From the NCBI RefSeq assembly GCF_000757865.1, contig NZ_CP007754.1, positions 1,050,001 to 1,082,000 of the forward strand: 32,000 nt of DNA, in the 5' to 3' direction. Source of the stretch: Prochlorococcus sp. MIT 0801. GTDB taxonomy: Bacteria > Cyanobacteriota > Cyanobacteriia > PCC-6307 > Cyanobiaceae. The notes beneath the pieces were generated by a model. That model ran no database searches. It saw only the letters and a list, made by a program, of their open reading frames with translations, and was not told the origin of the DNA. Below, piece after piece: positions 1 to 8,957 of the stretch (positions within the stretch are counted from its first letter, which is position 1; each line of letters starts with the position of its first letter). The position numbers were made by a program, and so were the translations under genes.

Positions 1-497
1 CAAAAGTCATTACTGACTACAAAACGTCTACAAGTAAAGAAGGTGGCTCGACAAGTTGTGAGGCTTCATTCTCTACTGCGGGTTTAACATTTGGTGCCAG
101 AGTATTTAAAATAGACGATAATGGCTACGTTACATTTTCATTAAGTCCAGAATTAACATCGATTTCAGAAATAATAAATATACCTGGTTGTGGTGCAATA
201 AATATTCTAAGTGTGAGGCGTTTAGATACAGGAACTTTACGAGTAAAAGACTCTCAGACATTAATTTTAACAGGTGTTATATCAAACAGAGATTCAAAGG
301 TCGTAACGAAAACCCCCATATTAGGAGACATTCCAATACTTGGAAGAATATTTAGATCAAATGCAGGTAGTAAAAGAAAAGGGGAATTAATAATTCTTGT
401 TACCCCTAGAATACTAAACGATTCAGTATCAAACACATCAGAAGTCGGCTTTGATCCAAGTAATGAAGAATCAAAAAATTTCCTTAAAAACAAATGA
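1..497 (+). CDS. pilQ: Type IV pilus secretin PilQ, C-terminal part (5' end outside window; codon phase starts at base 3)
   Basis: Frame 3 is open from the window edge. The translation ...RRLDTGTLRVKDSQTLILTGVISNRD...TPILGDIPILGRIFRS...GELIILVTPRIL matches the conserved secretin C-domain pattern. Confidence 0.85.
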   Translation, partial: KVITDYKTSTSKEGGSTSCEASFSTAGLTFGARVFKIDDNGYVTFSLSPELTSISEIINIPGCGAINILSVRRLDTGTLRVKDSQTLILTGVISNRDSKVVTKTPILGDIPILGRIFRSNAGSKRKGELIILVTPRILNDSVSNTSEVGFDPSNEESKNFLKNK

Positions 498-1174
498 AAT
501 ACAATTCACGTTATAAATTAGATCTACTATGGGAAAGAAGAAATAAAAGTAGCAGTACTCAACTTACATTTACCAATACAAAAAAACTTCGCAAATTGGG
601 TTATTATGGTGGTTGTTTCATTGCAGGAATAGGAATATTAATTTTTTCATTAGGCTTATTTCATACTTATAGAAGAATAAAATTTAAAGAAAAATTAGCT
701 TTAGAATCAAAAGAATATCAAGTATTAAAAAGCAAATTTGAATTATTAAAGAAGGAAGTTAATATTATTTATAGTATTAATAATCGAATCGCAAAAGGTA
801 TTATTGGAACTAGGTCTGGTTCATCATTATTATTAGAGTTGCAAAGAATATTGCCAAAAACCACTCAGATAACATCAATCAGAGTAAAAGATAATAATCT
901 AATATTGACTGGCAAAGTAAAAGAACCTTATGGACTTGACCATATAAATTCATTTAAAGTTCAAATTTCAAATTCGTTCTTAATTAATGATCAATCAGTT
1001 TTTTTGTCAAGAATAAGTAGATCAGATCAAAATAAAAACAACCTAAATTTCCTTATATCATCAAAATTCTCAAATCCATCTACATCAACAATATTAGATA
1101 ATTACGAAAGTCTTAAAACCTATGGACTACTTAAACGTGTTCAGTTATTAAAACAAGAGGGTCTAATAAAATGA
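494..1174 (+). CDS. pilN: PilN-like pilus alignment protein (bitopic)
   Basis: ATGA start/stop overlap with pilQ. Short basic N-terminus, one TM (CFIAGIGILIFSLGLF), coiled coil, then ILPKTTQITSIRVKDNNLILTGKV... as in PilN-type proteins. Confidence 0.6.
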   Translation: MKYNSRYKLDLLWERRNKSSSTQLTFTNTKKLRKLGYYGGCFIAGIGILIFSLGLFHTYRRIKFKEKLALESKEYQVLKSKFELLKKEVNIIYSINNRIAKGIIGTRSGSSLLLELQRILPKTTQITSIRVKDNNLILTGKVKEPYGLDHINSFKVQISNSFLINDQSVFLSRISRSDQNKNNLNFLISSKFSNPSTSTILDNYESLKTYGLLKRVQLLKQEGLIK

Positions 1175-1839
1175 CAAATTTATCCTCTAATAAACTAAAA
1201 AGAAAGTTTATTACACCTGAAAGAACACTACTATTCACGCCTATATTAGTTGGTTTAATTATTTTTGTATCTCTAATGACATTTGCCTTTAGGCCTTTAA
1301 TAAAGAAATTAAACGTAGAAGAAGCAAAGATCAAAACATATGAAACTAAGGTTTCATACATACCAATCTACAAAAGATATATTAAAGATATCTCTAATGT
1401 AAGAAATAAGGTAAGCAATCAGCAAAAGAGATTAGTTGACTTAATTTCTGATCCAAATGAATTAGATACAATACTCGCTCAAATAAATAAACTTTGTATA
1501 AAAAATAATATAAATATACTTTCTATTATTCCTCAAGAAATAGTTAACCAATCAAATAGTAAAGATAAAAATGATCCTTTTTTAATCCCTAAAGTAGAGA
1601 AACATGTCTTCAAAATTAATTTAGAAGGTTCATTTAATGGTCTAATTGATTTCCTTAAAGATTTAGAACTACTTCAGACTATTGTAATTTCAGATAATAT
1701 TAATATACTTGTATCATCTGATAATACAAATAAAATTAATGATAAAAACACTATTAATTTAAGAATGAGTTTTGACTTAAGTACTTATGCAAGAAAAGGA
1801 TCAATAAATAGCTTTAAACAAAATAATAAAAATTTATAA
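1171..1839 (+). CDS. pilO: PilO-like pilus alignment protein (bitopic)
   Basis: ATGA overlap with the upstream gene. N-terminal TM (LLFTPILVGLIIFVSLMTFAF), coiled coil, and a C-terminal ...HVFKINLEGSFNGLIDFLKDLELL... segment typical of PilO. Confidence 0.55.
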   Translation: MTNLSSNKLKRKFITPERTLLFTPILVGLIIFVSLMTFAFRPLIKKLNVEEAKIKTYETKVSYIPIYKRYIKDISNVRNKVSNQQKRLVDLISDPNELDTILAQINKLCIKNNINILSIIPQEIVNQSNSKDKNDPFLIPKVEKHVFKINLEGSFNGLIDFLKDLELLQTIVISDNINILVSSDNTNKINDKNTINLRMSFDLSTYARKGSINSFKQNNKNL

Positions 1840-1843
1840 TTAA

Positions 1844-2314
1844 ATGTTATTTTTCTATGTTGGTATTGGATTCGGAATGTTCACCACAATTTTTGCAATG
1901 CTTCAAACTTCAATGATTTTAAATAAAAAAGTATATATAAATGATAAAAAATTGTTAGATCCAAATGAATTCAATTTGAGGAAACCAAATGATAAAAAAT
2001 TTCTTCAACTATTAAATGAAATGAGTGGTGTATCACTTGGTTCGGGTAATGAAATATGTCAGAATATAAAAAATGGATTCACAGATAAATTAGATACCAA
2101 TTACACTATTCTATCTAAATACTCAGAATTGAATATTTATGAACCTGGAATTGAATCAAATACTAATCATTCAAGATTTATCGGTGGGTGTGACTTAGTA
2201 AAAGATTCACATCGAGTTATTATAGTCCCGAACTCTACAGATATAAATACATACAACTTATATTCGTGCATAATTAATACAGAACCTAAATGTATTTTTG
2301 AATTATCTAATTAA
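1844..2314 (+). CDS. Membrane-anchored protein of the pilus operon, function unknown (non-canonical pseudopilin?)
   Basis: 156-aa ORF 4 nt after pilO-like. Hydrophobic N-terminus (FFYVGIGFGMFTTIFAMLQTSMIL) but no G/E+5 prepilin motif. Confidence 0.5.
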   Translation: MLFFYVGIGFGMFTTIFAMLQTSMILNKKVYINDKKLLDPNEFNLRKPNDKKFLQLLNEMSGVSLGSGNEICQNIKNGFTDKLDTNYTILSKYSELNIYEPGIESNTNHSRFIGGCDLVKDSHRVIIVPNSTDINTYNLYSCIINTEPKCIFELSN

Positions 2315-2320
2315 AAACTG

Positions 2321-2533
2321 ATGATAACCTCATTTATTGGCATATTAATATCATCAATGGCAATGACTGCGCTTATATTGTCAATTCAGTCAATTGAAAA
2401 GTCCTATAGAAGAGCTGGAAAACACTCATTAACAAAATATGAAATTGACATAATAAATACAGCAGGTTTAAATACAGATGAGAATATAAATCTTTTAAAA
2501 AAAGATATTGAGAATCTTCCAAAAGAGTATTGA
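2321..2533 (+). CDS. Small membrane-anchored protein of the pilus operon
   Basis: 70-aa ORF with an N-terminal TM (ITSFIGILISSMAMTALILSI), tightly packed between operon genes. No canonical prepilin cleavage motif. Confidence 0.4.
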   Translation: MITSFIGILISSMAMTALILSIQSIEKSYRRAGKHSLTKYEIDIINTAGLNTDENINLLKKDIENLPKEY

Positions 2534-2539
2534 TCAGTT

Positions 2540-3133
2540 ATGTTTAAAAAGAAAAAACAAAATATATTAAATGGAATAAATTTTATTAACAAGAGCAGAG
2601 GAATGTCATTGGTAGAATTTATTATTTCAATAACATTATTATCACTATTATTTACGATTTATGCTGGTTTCGTTGAGGTCGCATCCAGGTTTACAAATAA
2701 ACAGGTAACTAATTTAGATCAATCAAATGGACTCCTAATAGATCACCACTATATGTCATTGACATTAGACAAATATATTAATTTTCTATCTCAACCAGGT
2801 ATAACATCAAATGATATTGATATTATAAAAAATAAAACATTTTCTGGGCTCCCTGTTGGATGTAGCAGATCTCCAAATATTGAATGGAATATACCAGTAA
2901 GTACAAAACCGATAGCTGGAATTGACTGGAAGCCTTCTAATGCTGGCTATGTAATTTGCTTAAAATCAACATCTATTAATGAAAGTTCTTTAGAAGATTT
3001 AATCTCTAAATCACAAGGTAATATGCTTAATGCTCAAACAGGTTTATATTTCTTGTTAGCCCTACCAGATGAAGTATCATTTAATGCATTACCAATGCGA
3101 AAACTATTCTGTAGGCCACATCCATTCTGTTAA
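2540..3133 (+). CDS. Minor pilin / pseudopilin with prepilin-type N-terminal cleavage-methylation motif
   Basis: Motif ...NKSRG|MSLVEFIISITLLSLLF has Gly at -1, Glu at +5 and a hydrophobic helix. The leader is about 21 aa. Confidence 0.65.
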   Translation: MFKKKKQNILNGINFINKSRGMSLVEFIISITLLSLLFTIYAGFVEVASRFTNKQVTNLDQSNGLLIDHHYMSLTLDKYINFLSQPGITSNDIDIIKNKTFSGLPVGCSRSPNIEWNIPVSTKPIAGIDWKPSNAGYVICLKSTSINESSLEDLISKSQGNMLNAQTGLYFLLALPDEVSFNALPMRKLFCRPHPFC

Positions 3134-3138
3134 TTATC

Positions 3139-5055
3139 ATGGCATTAGAACTTACTGAAAATGAAACTTTTTTTGGATTAGATATATCTATTTTTAAAAA
3201 ACAATTTTTCGCATTTAGGAGAGAAATATCTAAAAGGTATTTCTTACTTGAATTTGGAACTAATTATTTAAAATATGGTGAAGCAAGAGTTACAAATGAT
3301 CAAGTATTTTGTACAAAAATCAATCATATTTCTATAGATCAAGATGCCATTGAAAGAGGAACACCTAAGGATGCTGAAAAAATGGCATCATTTCTTAGAC
3401 AAATAATTGATGAAGAAAAAATTTGGGCTCGTCGTATAGCAATTACACTACCACCAGAGGCATCTTTAACAAAGCTAATTTACCTACCAGCAGAACTAAA
3501 CCACTTGGGAGCTAAAGAATATGTAAGCAGCTCATCATCTGGGTTTCAATTTCCTATATCTTTAGAACAAACTGATTTTGATCTTATACCCATTAACAAT
3601 CTTCCCCTGAACATAAAAAATAATAGTAGAGCTTATTCACTTAGTAGCATTCCAAAGAAGCTTATAGACAACGTTATTAATACATTAGAAAAAGCAAATC
3701 TGGAATTACATTCTCTTGATATCGCATCATCATCACTTGAGAGATTAGCTCTATCTACAATAGAAAATTTAGAAGAAAAAGAAGTTTTTATACTTATAGA
3801 ATTAACAAATGAATGTAGTCATTTTCATATAATTTGTAAAAGCGGTCCAATTTATATTTCTTCGCTTGCTGCTATAAAACCTTTTAATCTACTTGAGAAT
3901 TATGAGGGTGAAGATTCTATCGAAGAGGCAATAATCAATAGTAAAGATTATTTACCAATTTCAGAAATGGATCTTAAGGTTCTTTTTGCAGAAATAAAAA
4001 GAGAAATCGATAATTTTCGTTCTGCATATTCACTAGAAATATCCGAAATCAAACTTTCTGGTATAAATAGTAGTCATCCAAATATTAAAGATTTTTTTGA
4101 AAAAAAATTTAAAATTACAACTAGTATTTTAAGATCCTTAACATCTCAAGATATAGGTGATATAAATCTCTCAAAACCAATATGCATGCAAGATCTAAAT
4201 AGAATGATAGGACTTGGATTAAGTATTATACAAACTGAAAATAGTGATCTTCCTAAGTCGAACTTGAAAGAGATAGATATACAGACTATTAGTAAAAATT
4301 TAAATAAATCTAACAATGATATTAGTAAATTAAAAATCGATAATAATAATAAACTGACTTCAAATCCAAACTTATTAAATATAGAGAATTCAACTAATAA
4401 TACAAACAAGGGAGCAAGTGATAAATCATTTGAGGAATATATTGAAGATACTAATAGAAAAAATATTAACAAATTATCATTTGAAGAATTTTTAGAATTG
4501 AAGAAATCATCAAATAAAACTAATCAATCTTTTCTAGAACAAGCTTCTAAAAAATTTAATAATAACAACGATGTTCTTAAAGAAAATATCAATGAAGTAA
4601 TTAACAAAACTATGGTTCAGAATATAGATACTCTTATTAATAAAGATTCTTCATTAGATATTAATAATAGCAAAATAGAAAGGACTGAATTAAATAAACC
4701 TAAGAAAGAAATCAATACAAAAGAAGAGCAAGAAATAAAAAATAATACTATTAACTATAATTCAGAAAAAATTAATACTATTCTAGAAGAATCAAGTAAA
4801 CTAGATAGCAACAAAGAAATAAAAACTAAATCAGATTCCAAAGAACCAGTAAACAACGAAAATGAAATTAATAGTTTCAATGAAATAGTAACCTCAGAAG
4901 ATATAAACAAAGAATTAGATTTTAAGAATAATAAATCTAATGAATTAGAATTAAAAGAAAGTTCAGAAAGTAACAAAAATACATCGCAATCATTACCATC
5001 AAAAAATAATGAAGATATAAATAATAATACGGATTTTAAAATGCCTGAAATCTAA
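3139..5055 (+). CDS. pilM: PilM-like actin-fold pilus assembly protein with about 270-aa N/K/S/E-rich low-complexity C-terminal extension
   Basis: The first ~360 aa show PilM-like blocks (FGLDIS..., ITLPPEASLTKLIYLP, HSLDIASSSLERLA, ILIELTNECSHFHIICKSG). The rest is low-complexity (NNNKLTSNPNLLNIENSTNNTNK...). Confidence 0.6.
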   Translation: MALELTENETFFGLDISIFKKQFFAFRREISKRYFLLEFGTNYLKYGEARVTNDQVFCTKINHISIDQDAIERGTPKDAEKMASFLRQIIDEEKIWARRIAITLPPEASLTKLIYLPAELNHLGAKEYVSSSSSGFQFPISLEQTDFDLIPINNLPLNIKNNSRAYSLSSIPKKLIDNVINTLEKANLELHSLDIASSSLERLALSTIENLEEKEVFILIELTNECSHFHIICKSGPIYISSLAAIKPFNLLENYEGEDSIEEAIINSKDYLPISEMDLKVLFAEIKREIDNFRSAYSLEISEIKLSGINSSHPNIKDFFEKKFKITTSILRSLTSQDIGDINLSKPICMQDLNRMIGLGLSIIQTENSDLPKSNLKEIDIQTISKNLNKSNNDISKLKIDNNNKLTSNPNLLNIENSTNNTNKGASDKSFEEYIEDTNRKNINKLSFEEFLELKKSSNKTNQSFLEQASKKFNNNNDVLKENINEVINKTMVQNIDTLINKDSSLDINNSKIERTELNKPKKEINTKEEQEIKNNTINYNSEKINTILEESSKLDSNKEIKTKSDSKEPVNNENEINSFNEIVTSEDINKELDFKNNKSNELELKESSESNKNTSQSLPSKNNEDINNNTDFKMPEI

Positions 5056-5063
5056 ATAATTAA

Positions 5064-6206
5064 TTAACCCATCACATTAATCATTTTGAACATTGGTAAA
5101 TATAAAGAAACTACAATTGTTCCAACTATTCCAGCTACAACCATTATCACCATTGGTTCCATAGCTTTTGTTAGAGATGAAACAGCTTCTTCAACCTCTC
5201 TTTTATAAAAATTAGCTAGATTTTCTGTCATAAATCCTAATCTCCCAGTTTCCTCCCCTATTTTCAACATCGACTTTACTAATTTAGGAAAGACATCATA
5301 ACTATCTAATGAGGAAGATAACTCTTGCCCTTCTTTAACTTTTTGAATGCCATTAGAAAGACATCTCTTCATTCGATCATTTGAACTCGCTGAAATGCAC
5401 CTTTGAATTGCTTCAACAAGAGGTATTCCAGAAGCAATTAAAGTAGATAATGTTTCACATAAGGAGGCTACTTCTGAACGTAGAATCAATGAGCCAAAAA
5501 GAGGGATTTTTAAAATTAAACTATCAACACGAAATCTTCCTGATCTAGATTTATAATATGAACTAAATAAATAAGATGTTATTATTAGAATAATTGGCGT
5601 AAATATAAAAAATTGTATTGAAGTTACAATTTGAGATAATGTTAGCATAAATTCTGTTATTGCTGGTAATTCTGCTCCCATATCAGTAAACATTTTATCA
5701 AAGGTAGGTACAATAAAAATTAATAATCCAAGGCTAACAGTTAATGCTAATACAAGAATAATTACTGGGTAAATCAATGCTCCTTGTATTTGGCTTTTTA
5801 TCTTAGCTTGTTGTTCAATAAGAGAAGCAATTCTGTCTAAAATTTGATCAAGAATACCTCCTGCTTCACCTGCCTCAATTAATCCAACTGTTAAAGAAGG
5901 GAAAACCTTTGGATATTTTGCAAAGCATGTTGATAATTCTTCTCCAGCACTCAATCTTTTAGATATCTGAACTTGAAGAGAGCTAAATTTTTGATCTCTA
6001 GTATTTTCAGAAAGTAATTCAATACCTTGAGCTAAAGGAACACCACTTTGAATAATTACAGCTAATTGTCTAAAGAAAACTAATAAATCATTCTGAGAGA
6101 CCTTGAAATCTTTTGGATTGAATTTAACATTTGATTTTTGTGATCTTATATTTGAATTATTCAATCGAGAATAATCACTTAACTGATTTTCACCATAGGA
6201 AGGCAT
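5064..6206 (-). CDS. pilC: Type IV pilus inner-membrane platform protein PilC (GspF family)
   Basis: 380 aa with two GspF-type repeats and TM segments (...LAQGIELLSE..., ...PLVEAIQRC...), ending ...VVSLYLPMFKMINVMG. Confidence 0.9.
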   Translation of the reverse strand: MPSYGENQLSDYSRLNNSNIRSQKSNVKFNPKDFKVSQNDLLVFFRQLAVIIQSGVPLAQGIELLSENTRDQKFSSLQVQISKRLSAGEELSTCFAKYPKVFPSLTVGLIEAGEAGGILDQILDRIASLIEQQAKIKSQIQGALIYPVIILVLALTVSLGLLIFIVPTFDKMFTDMGAELPAITEFMLTLSQIVTSIQFFIFTPIILIITSYLFSSYYKSRSGRFRVDSLILKIPLFGSLILRSEVASLCETLSTLIASGIPLVEAIQRCISASSNDRMKRCLSNGIQKVKEGQELSSSLDSYDVFPKLVKSMLKIGEETGRLGFMTENLANFYKREVEEAVSSLTKAMEPMVIMVVAGIVGTIVVSLYLPMFKMINVMG

Positions 6207-6212
6207 AGTTGT

Positions 6213-7259
6213 TTAATTGTTAATTAGGGCTTTTGGATTTGATGCTTTACTTAAACCTTCCTCTAACGAAATAATATTGGAATCAATCAAATCCTTAAGA
6301 CATTGTTCTAATGTATTCATACCATCCTTACTACCTGTTTGTAATTGTGAATATATTTGACTCACTTTTCTTTCTCTAACAAGGTTTGAAATCGCGGGAG
6401 TATTGATAAGTAATTCATATGCAAGAGATCTCTTTCCAACATTATTTTTGCAAAGAGTTTGAGACATAATTCCTAATAGAGATGTTGAAACCTGGAGTCT
6501 TGCTTGTTCTTGCTGATCCGCTGGGAATACGTCTACAATTCTCTCAACTGTTTTTGCGGCAGAGGAAGTGTGAAGAGTTCCCAGTACTAAATGACCAGTC
6601 TCAGCTGCAGTTATAGCAAGTTGTATTGTTTCCAAATCTCTCATCTCACCTATATAAATTATGTCAGGATCTTCTCTTAATGCCGCTTTCAAAGCCGAAG
6701 TAAAACTTTTAGTATCTCGTTTAACTTCTCTTTGATGAATTATTGAGTTTTGAGAATGATTAAATTCAAACTCTATAGGATCTTCAATAGTAAGAATATG
6801 TCTCTTTTGTGTTTCAAGTATGCAATTAATAAATGATGCCAAAGTAGTAGATTTACCAGAGCCAGTGGGACCAGTACATAGGACTAAACCTCTATGTTTT
6901 GTAGTCAATTCAATGAATGGTTTAGGTAAACCTAAGTCTTGCCATTTTGGTAATTGATCAGGGAGAATTCTCAAAGTGAGACATCTTTTTTCATTTGCAA
7001 TATATGCATTAATTCTTATTCTTGAGAGTCCGTCTAGGCCAATTGAGGTATCTAAATCTCCTGTTTGATTGTATTGATCTAATTTTTCCTTGTCCAAAAG
7101 CTCACTAAGGAGTTGATCCATATCATTCTTACCAAGTATTTTATCTACTAATTGAATATCGGAATTTACTCTGATTGCAATTTGAGAATCTTCTTCAAGA
7201 TGAATATCAGAAGAATCATGTTTTATCGCATATGCAACTATTTGTCTTGCTACAGACAT
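6213..7259 (-). CDS. pilT: Twitching-motility retraction ATPase PilT
   Basis: 348 aa with Walker A GPTGSGKSTT, LREDPDIIYIGEMRD, and AAETGHLVLGTLHTSSAAKTVERIVDVFP, which is characteristic of PilT. Confidence 0.9.
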   Translation of the reverse strand: MSVARQIVAYAIKHDSSDIHLEEDSQIAIRVNSDIQLVDKILGKNDMDQLLSELLDKEKLDQYNQTGDLDTSIGLDGLSRIRINAYIANEKRCLTLRILPDQLPKWQDLGLPKPFIELTTKHRGLVLCTGPTGSGKSTTLASFINCILETQKRHILTIEDPIEFEFNHSQNSIIHQREVKRDTKSFTSALKAALREDPDIIYIGEMRDLETIQLAITAAETGHLVLGTLHTSSAAKTVERIVDVFPADQQEQARLQVSTSLLGIMSQTLCKNNVGKRSLAYELLINTPAISNLVRERKVSQIYSQLQTGSKDGMNTLEQCLKDLIDSNIISLEEGLSKASNPKALINN

Positions 7260-7286
7260 AGTAAATTAAGTATATATATATGTAAT

Positions 7287-8942
7287 TTAATTATGATCAT
7301 CATTACAGATTTTGCTTAATTCTGAAACGGTTGTAATTTTGTTCTCTATAAGCTTCACAGCGTAAGACTTTAAAGTAATCATTCCTTCTGAAACAGCAAT
7401 TTCTTCGATCTCTTGGGTAGAAAGTTGTTTTTTTATAGCATTTGAAATAGGTCTTGTAATTCTTAACAACTCATAAGAACCAACTCGTCCCTTGTAGCCG
7501 ATACCATTACATCTATTACAAAGAATTCCTTCTTTTTTTCTTTGACTTTTCTCTTCAGCTGTTAAACATGTCGCAACTCTTACAGGAGTACCTCTATTTA
7601 AACCTGTAAAGTCTGCTTCTTCAATAGATAATGGTCTTTCAACGCTACAACTTGGGCATACTTTTCTTAGTAGTCTTTGAGCTAGTACACCTCTTAGAGA
7701 AGCCGTTAACTTATATGGAGGAACTTCCATATCTAATAATCTTGTTAAAGAAGTAGAAGCACTATTTGCATGCAAAGTAGTAAAAACTAAATGCCCTGTT
7801 TCAGCAGCATCCATTGAAGATTCCGCTGTTTCAGGATCTCTAGTTTCACCAATTAGAATTACATCTGGGTCTTGGCGAAGAAAAGTTCTTAACAGATTTG
7901 CAAATGTTTGACCTTTTGCTCTAAGTACAGGAAATTGTTGAATATCTCCACCCATATCATATTCAATCGGATCTTCAGCAGTCACTATATTTAATTCTCC
8001 ATTATCTTTCTCTCTCAAAGCTGAAGCCAAAGTAGTTGATTTTCCTGATCCAGTTGGACCAGAAACGATAACAATCCCATTCGCTTGATTAATAATTTTT
8101 CTAAATTGTGATCTAACATTTTCATCTTGAATAAGTATATCCAGATCAAGAACATCAGTATCGTTATTTAGATACCTAAGAACCATTTTTTCACCATATT
8201 TTCCTGGAGCCGTTGAGCACCTAAAATCAAGAGAATTACCTTCCCAAGTCCTTCGAATTTTTCCATCTTGTGAAGCTCTTTTTTCAGCTATATCCATCTT
8301 GGCCATATTTTTTAGACAAGCTGTTAATTTTAAGCCAGGAAGTTTAGGAATGGATACATAACTTTGAAGAACTCCATCTCTTCTAATTCTAATTTTTATT
8401 TGTTTTTCATGAGGCTCTATATGAATATCTGATGCTCCTTTCTTACAGGCATCTATCAAAACCGTGGCAGCTGCTCTTTGAATTTTATTCCCAAGCATTT
8501 CCGTAGATAAATCTATTTCCTCAATCTCTATATCTTCATCACTATCATCAAAATCAAAACCAACAACTTGATCAGACGAATCATCTACAGAAACATCTAG
8601 TAGAGTTTGAATTACATCGTCTTCTGAAAAATCATAATTTTCTAAACCTTCACTATTAAATATCCTTTCTTCTGAGGCTTGATCCAACAAAGATTGAATT
8701 TTGTCGGGAGCTAGTTCTATAAATGCACATTCATATCCATTACTTGCAATTCTTTGCTTAATTGTATTTCCAATAGTTCCAAGATATGAGATATTACCAA
8801 CTGCTATTGTTATTACTTGACCTTTAGGGGGTAGACTTGGCTCAATTTTTAAAGGTACAACTACATTTTCTCTACACCATTGAAGAGATAAATGTTTATC
8901 AATAAGAGATCTTATTTGAGTGACTTGATAGGTATCAGACAT
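7287..8942 (-). CDS. pilB: Type IV pilus extension ATPase PilB (GspE family)
   Basis: 551 aa with Walker A GPTGSGKSTT, LRQDPDVILIGETRD, the tetracysteine CPSC...CNRC motif and GYKGRVGSYELL. Confidence 0.9.
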   Translation of the reverse strand: MSDTYQVTQIRSLIDKHLSLQWCRENVVVPLKIEPSLPPKGQVITIAVGNISYLGTIGNTIKQRIASNGYECAFIELAPDKIQSLLDQASEERIFNSEGLENYDFSEDDVIQTLLDVSVDDSSDQVVGFDFDDSDEDIEIEEIDLSTEMLGNKIQRAAATVLIDACKKGASDIHIEPHEKQIKIRIRRDGVLQSYVSIPKLPGLKLTACLKNMAKMDIAEKRASQDGKIRRTWEGNSLDFRCSTAPGKYGEKMVLRYLNNDTDVLDLDILIQDENVRSQFRKIINQANGIVIVSGPTGSGKSTTLASALREKDNGELNIVTAEDPIEYDMGGDIQQFPVLRAKGQTFANLLRTFLRQDPDVILIGETRDPETAESSMDAAETGHLVFTTLHANSASTSLTRLLDMEVPPYKLTASLRGVLAQRLLRKVCPSCSVERPLSIEEADFTGLNRGTPVRVATCLTAEEKSQRKKEGILCNRCNGIGYKGRVGSYELLRITRPISNAIKKQLSTQEIEEIAVSEGMITLKSYAVKLIENKITTVSELSKICNDDHN

Positions 8943-8957
8943 AAATATAACTACATC

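Noticed and set aside
254-4976. Minus-strand ORFs 254-493, 1131-1361, 2404-2592, 4146-4472 and 4755-4976 inside the plus-strand pilus operon
   Set aside because: They are fully antisense to better-supported genes. Their composition is low-complexity or hydrophobic (F/L/S/I rich), as expected from the reverse complement of K/N/E-rich coding DNA.
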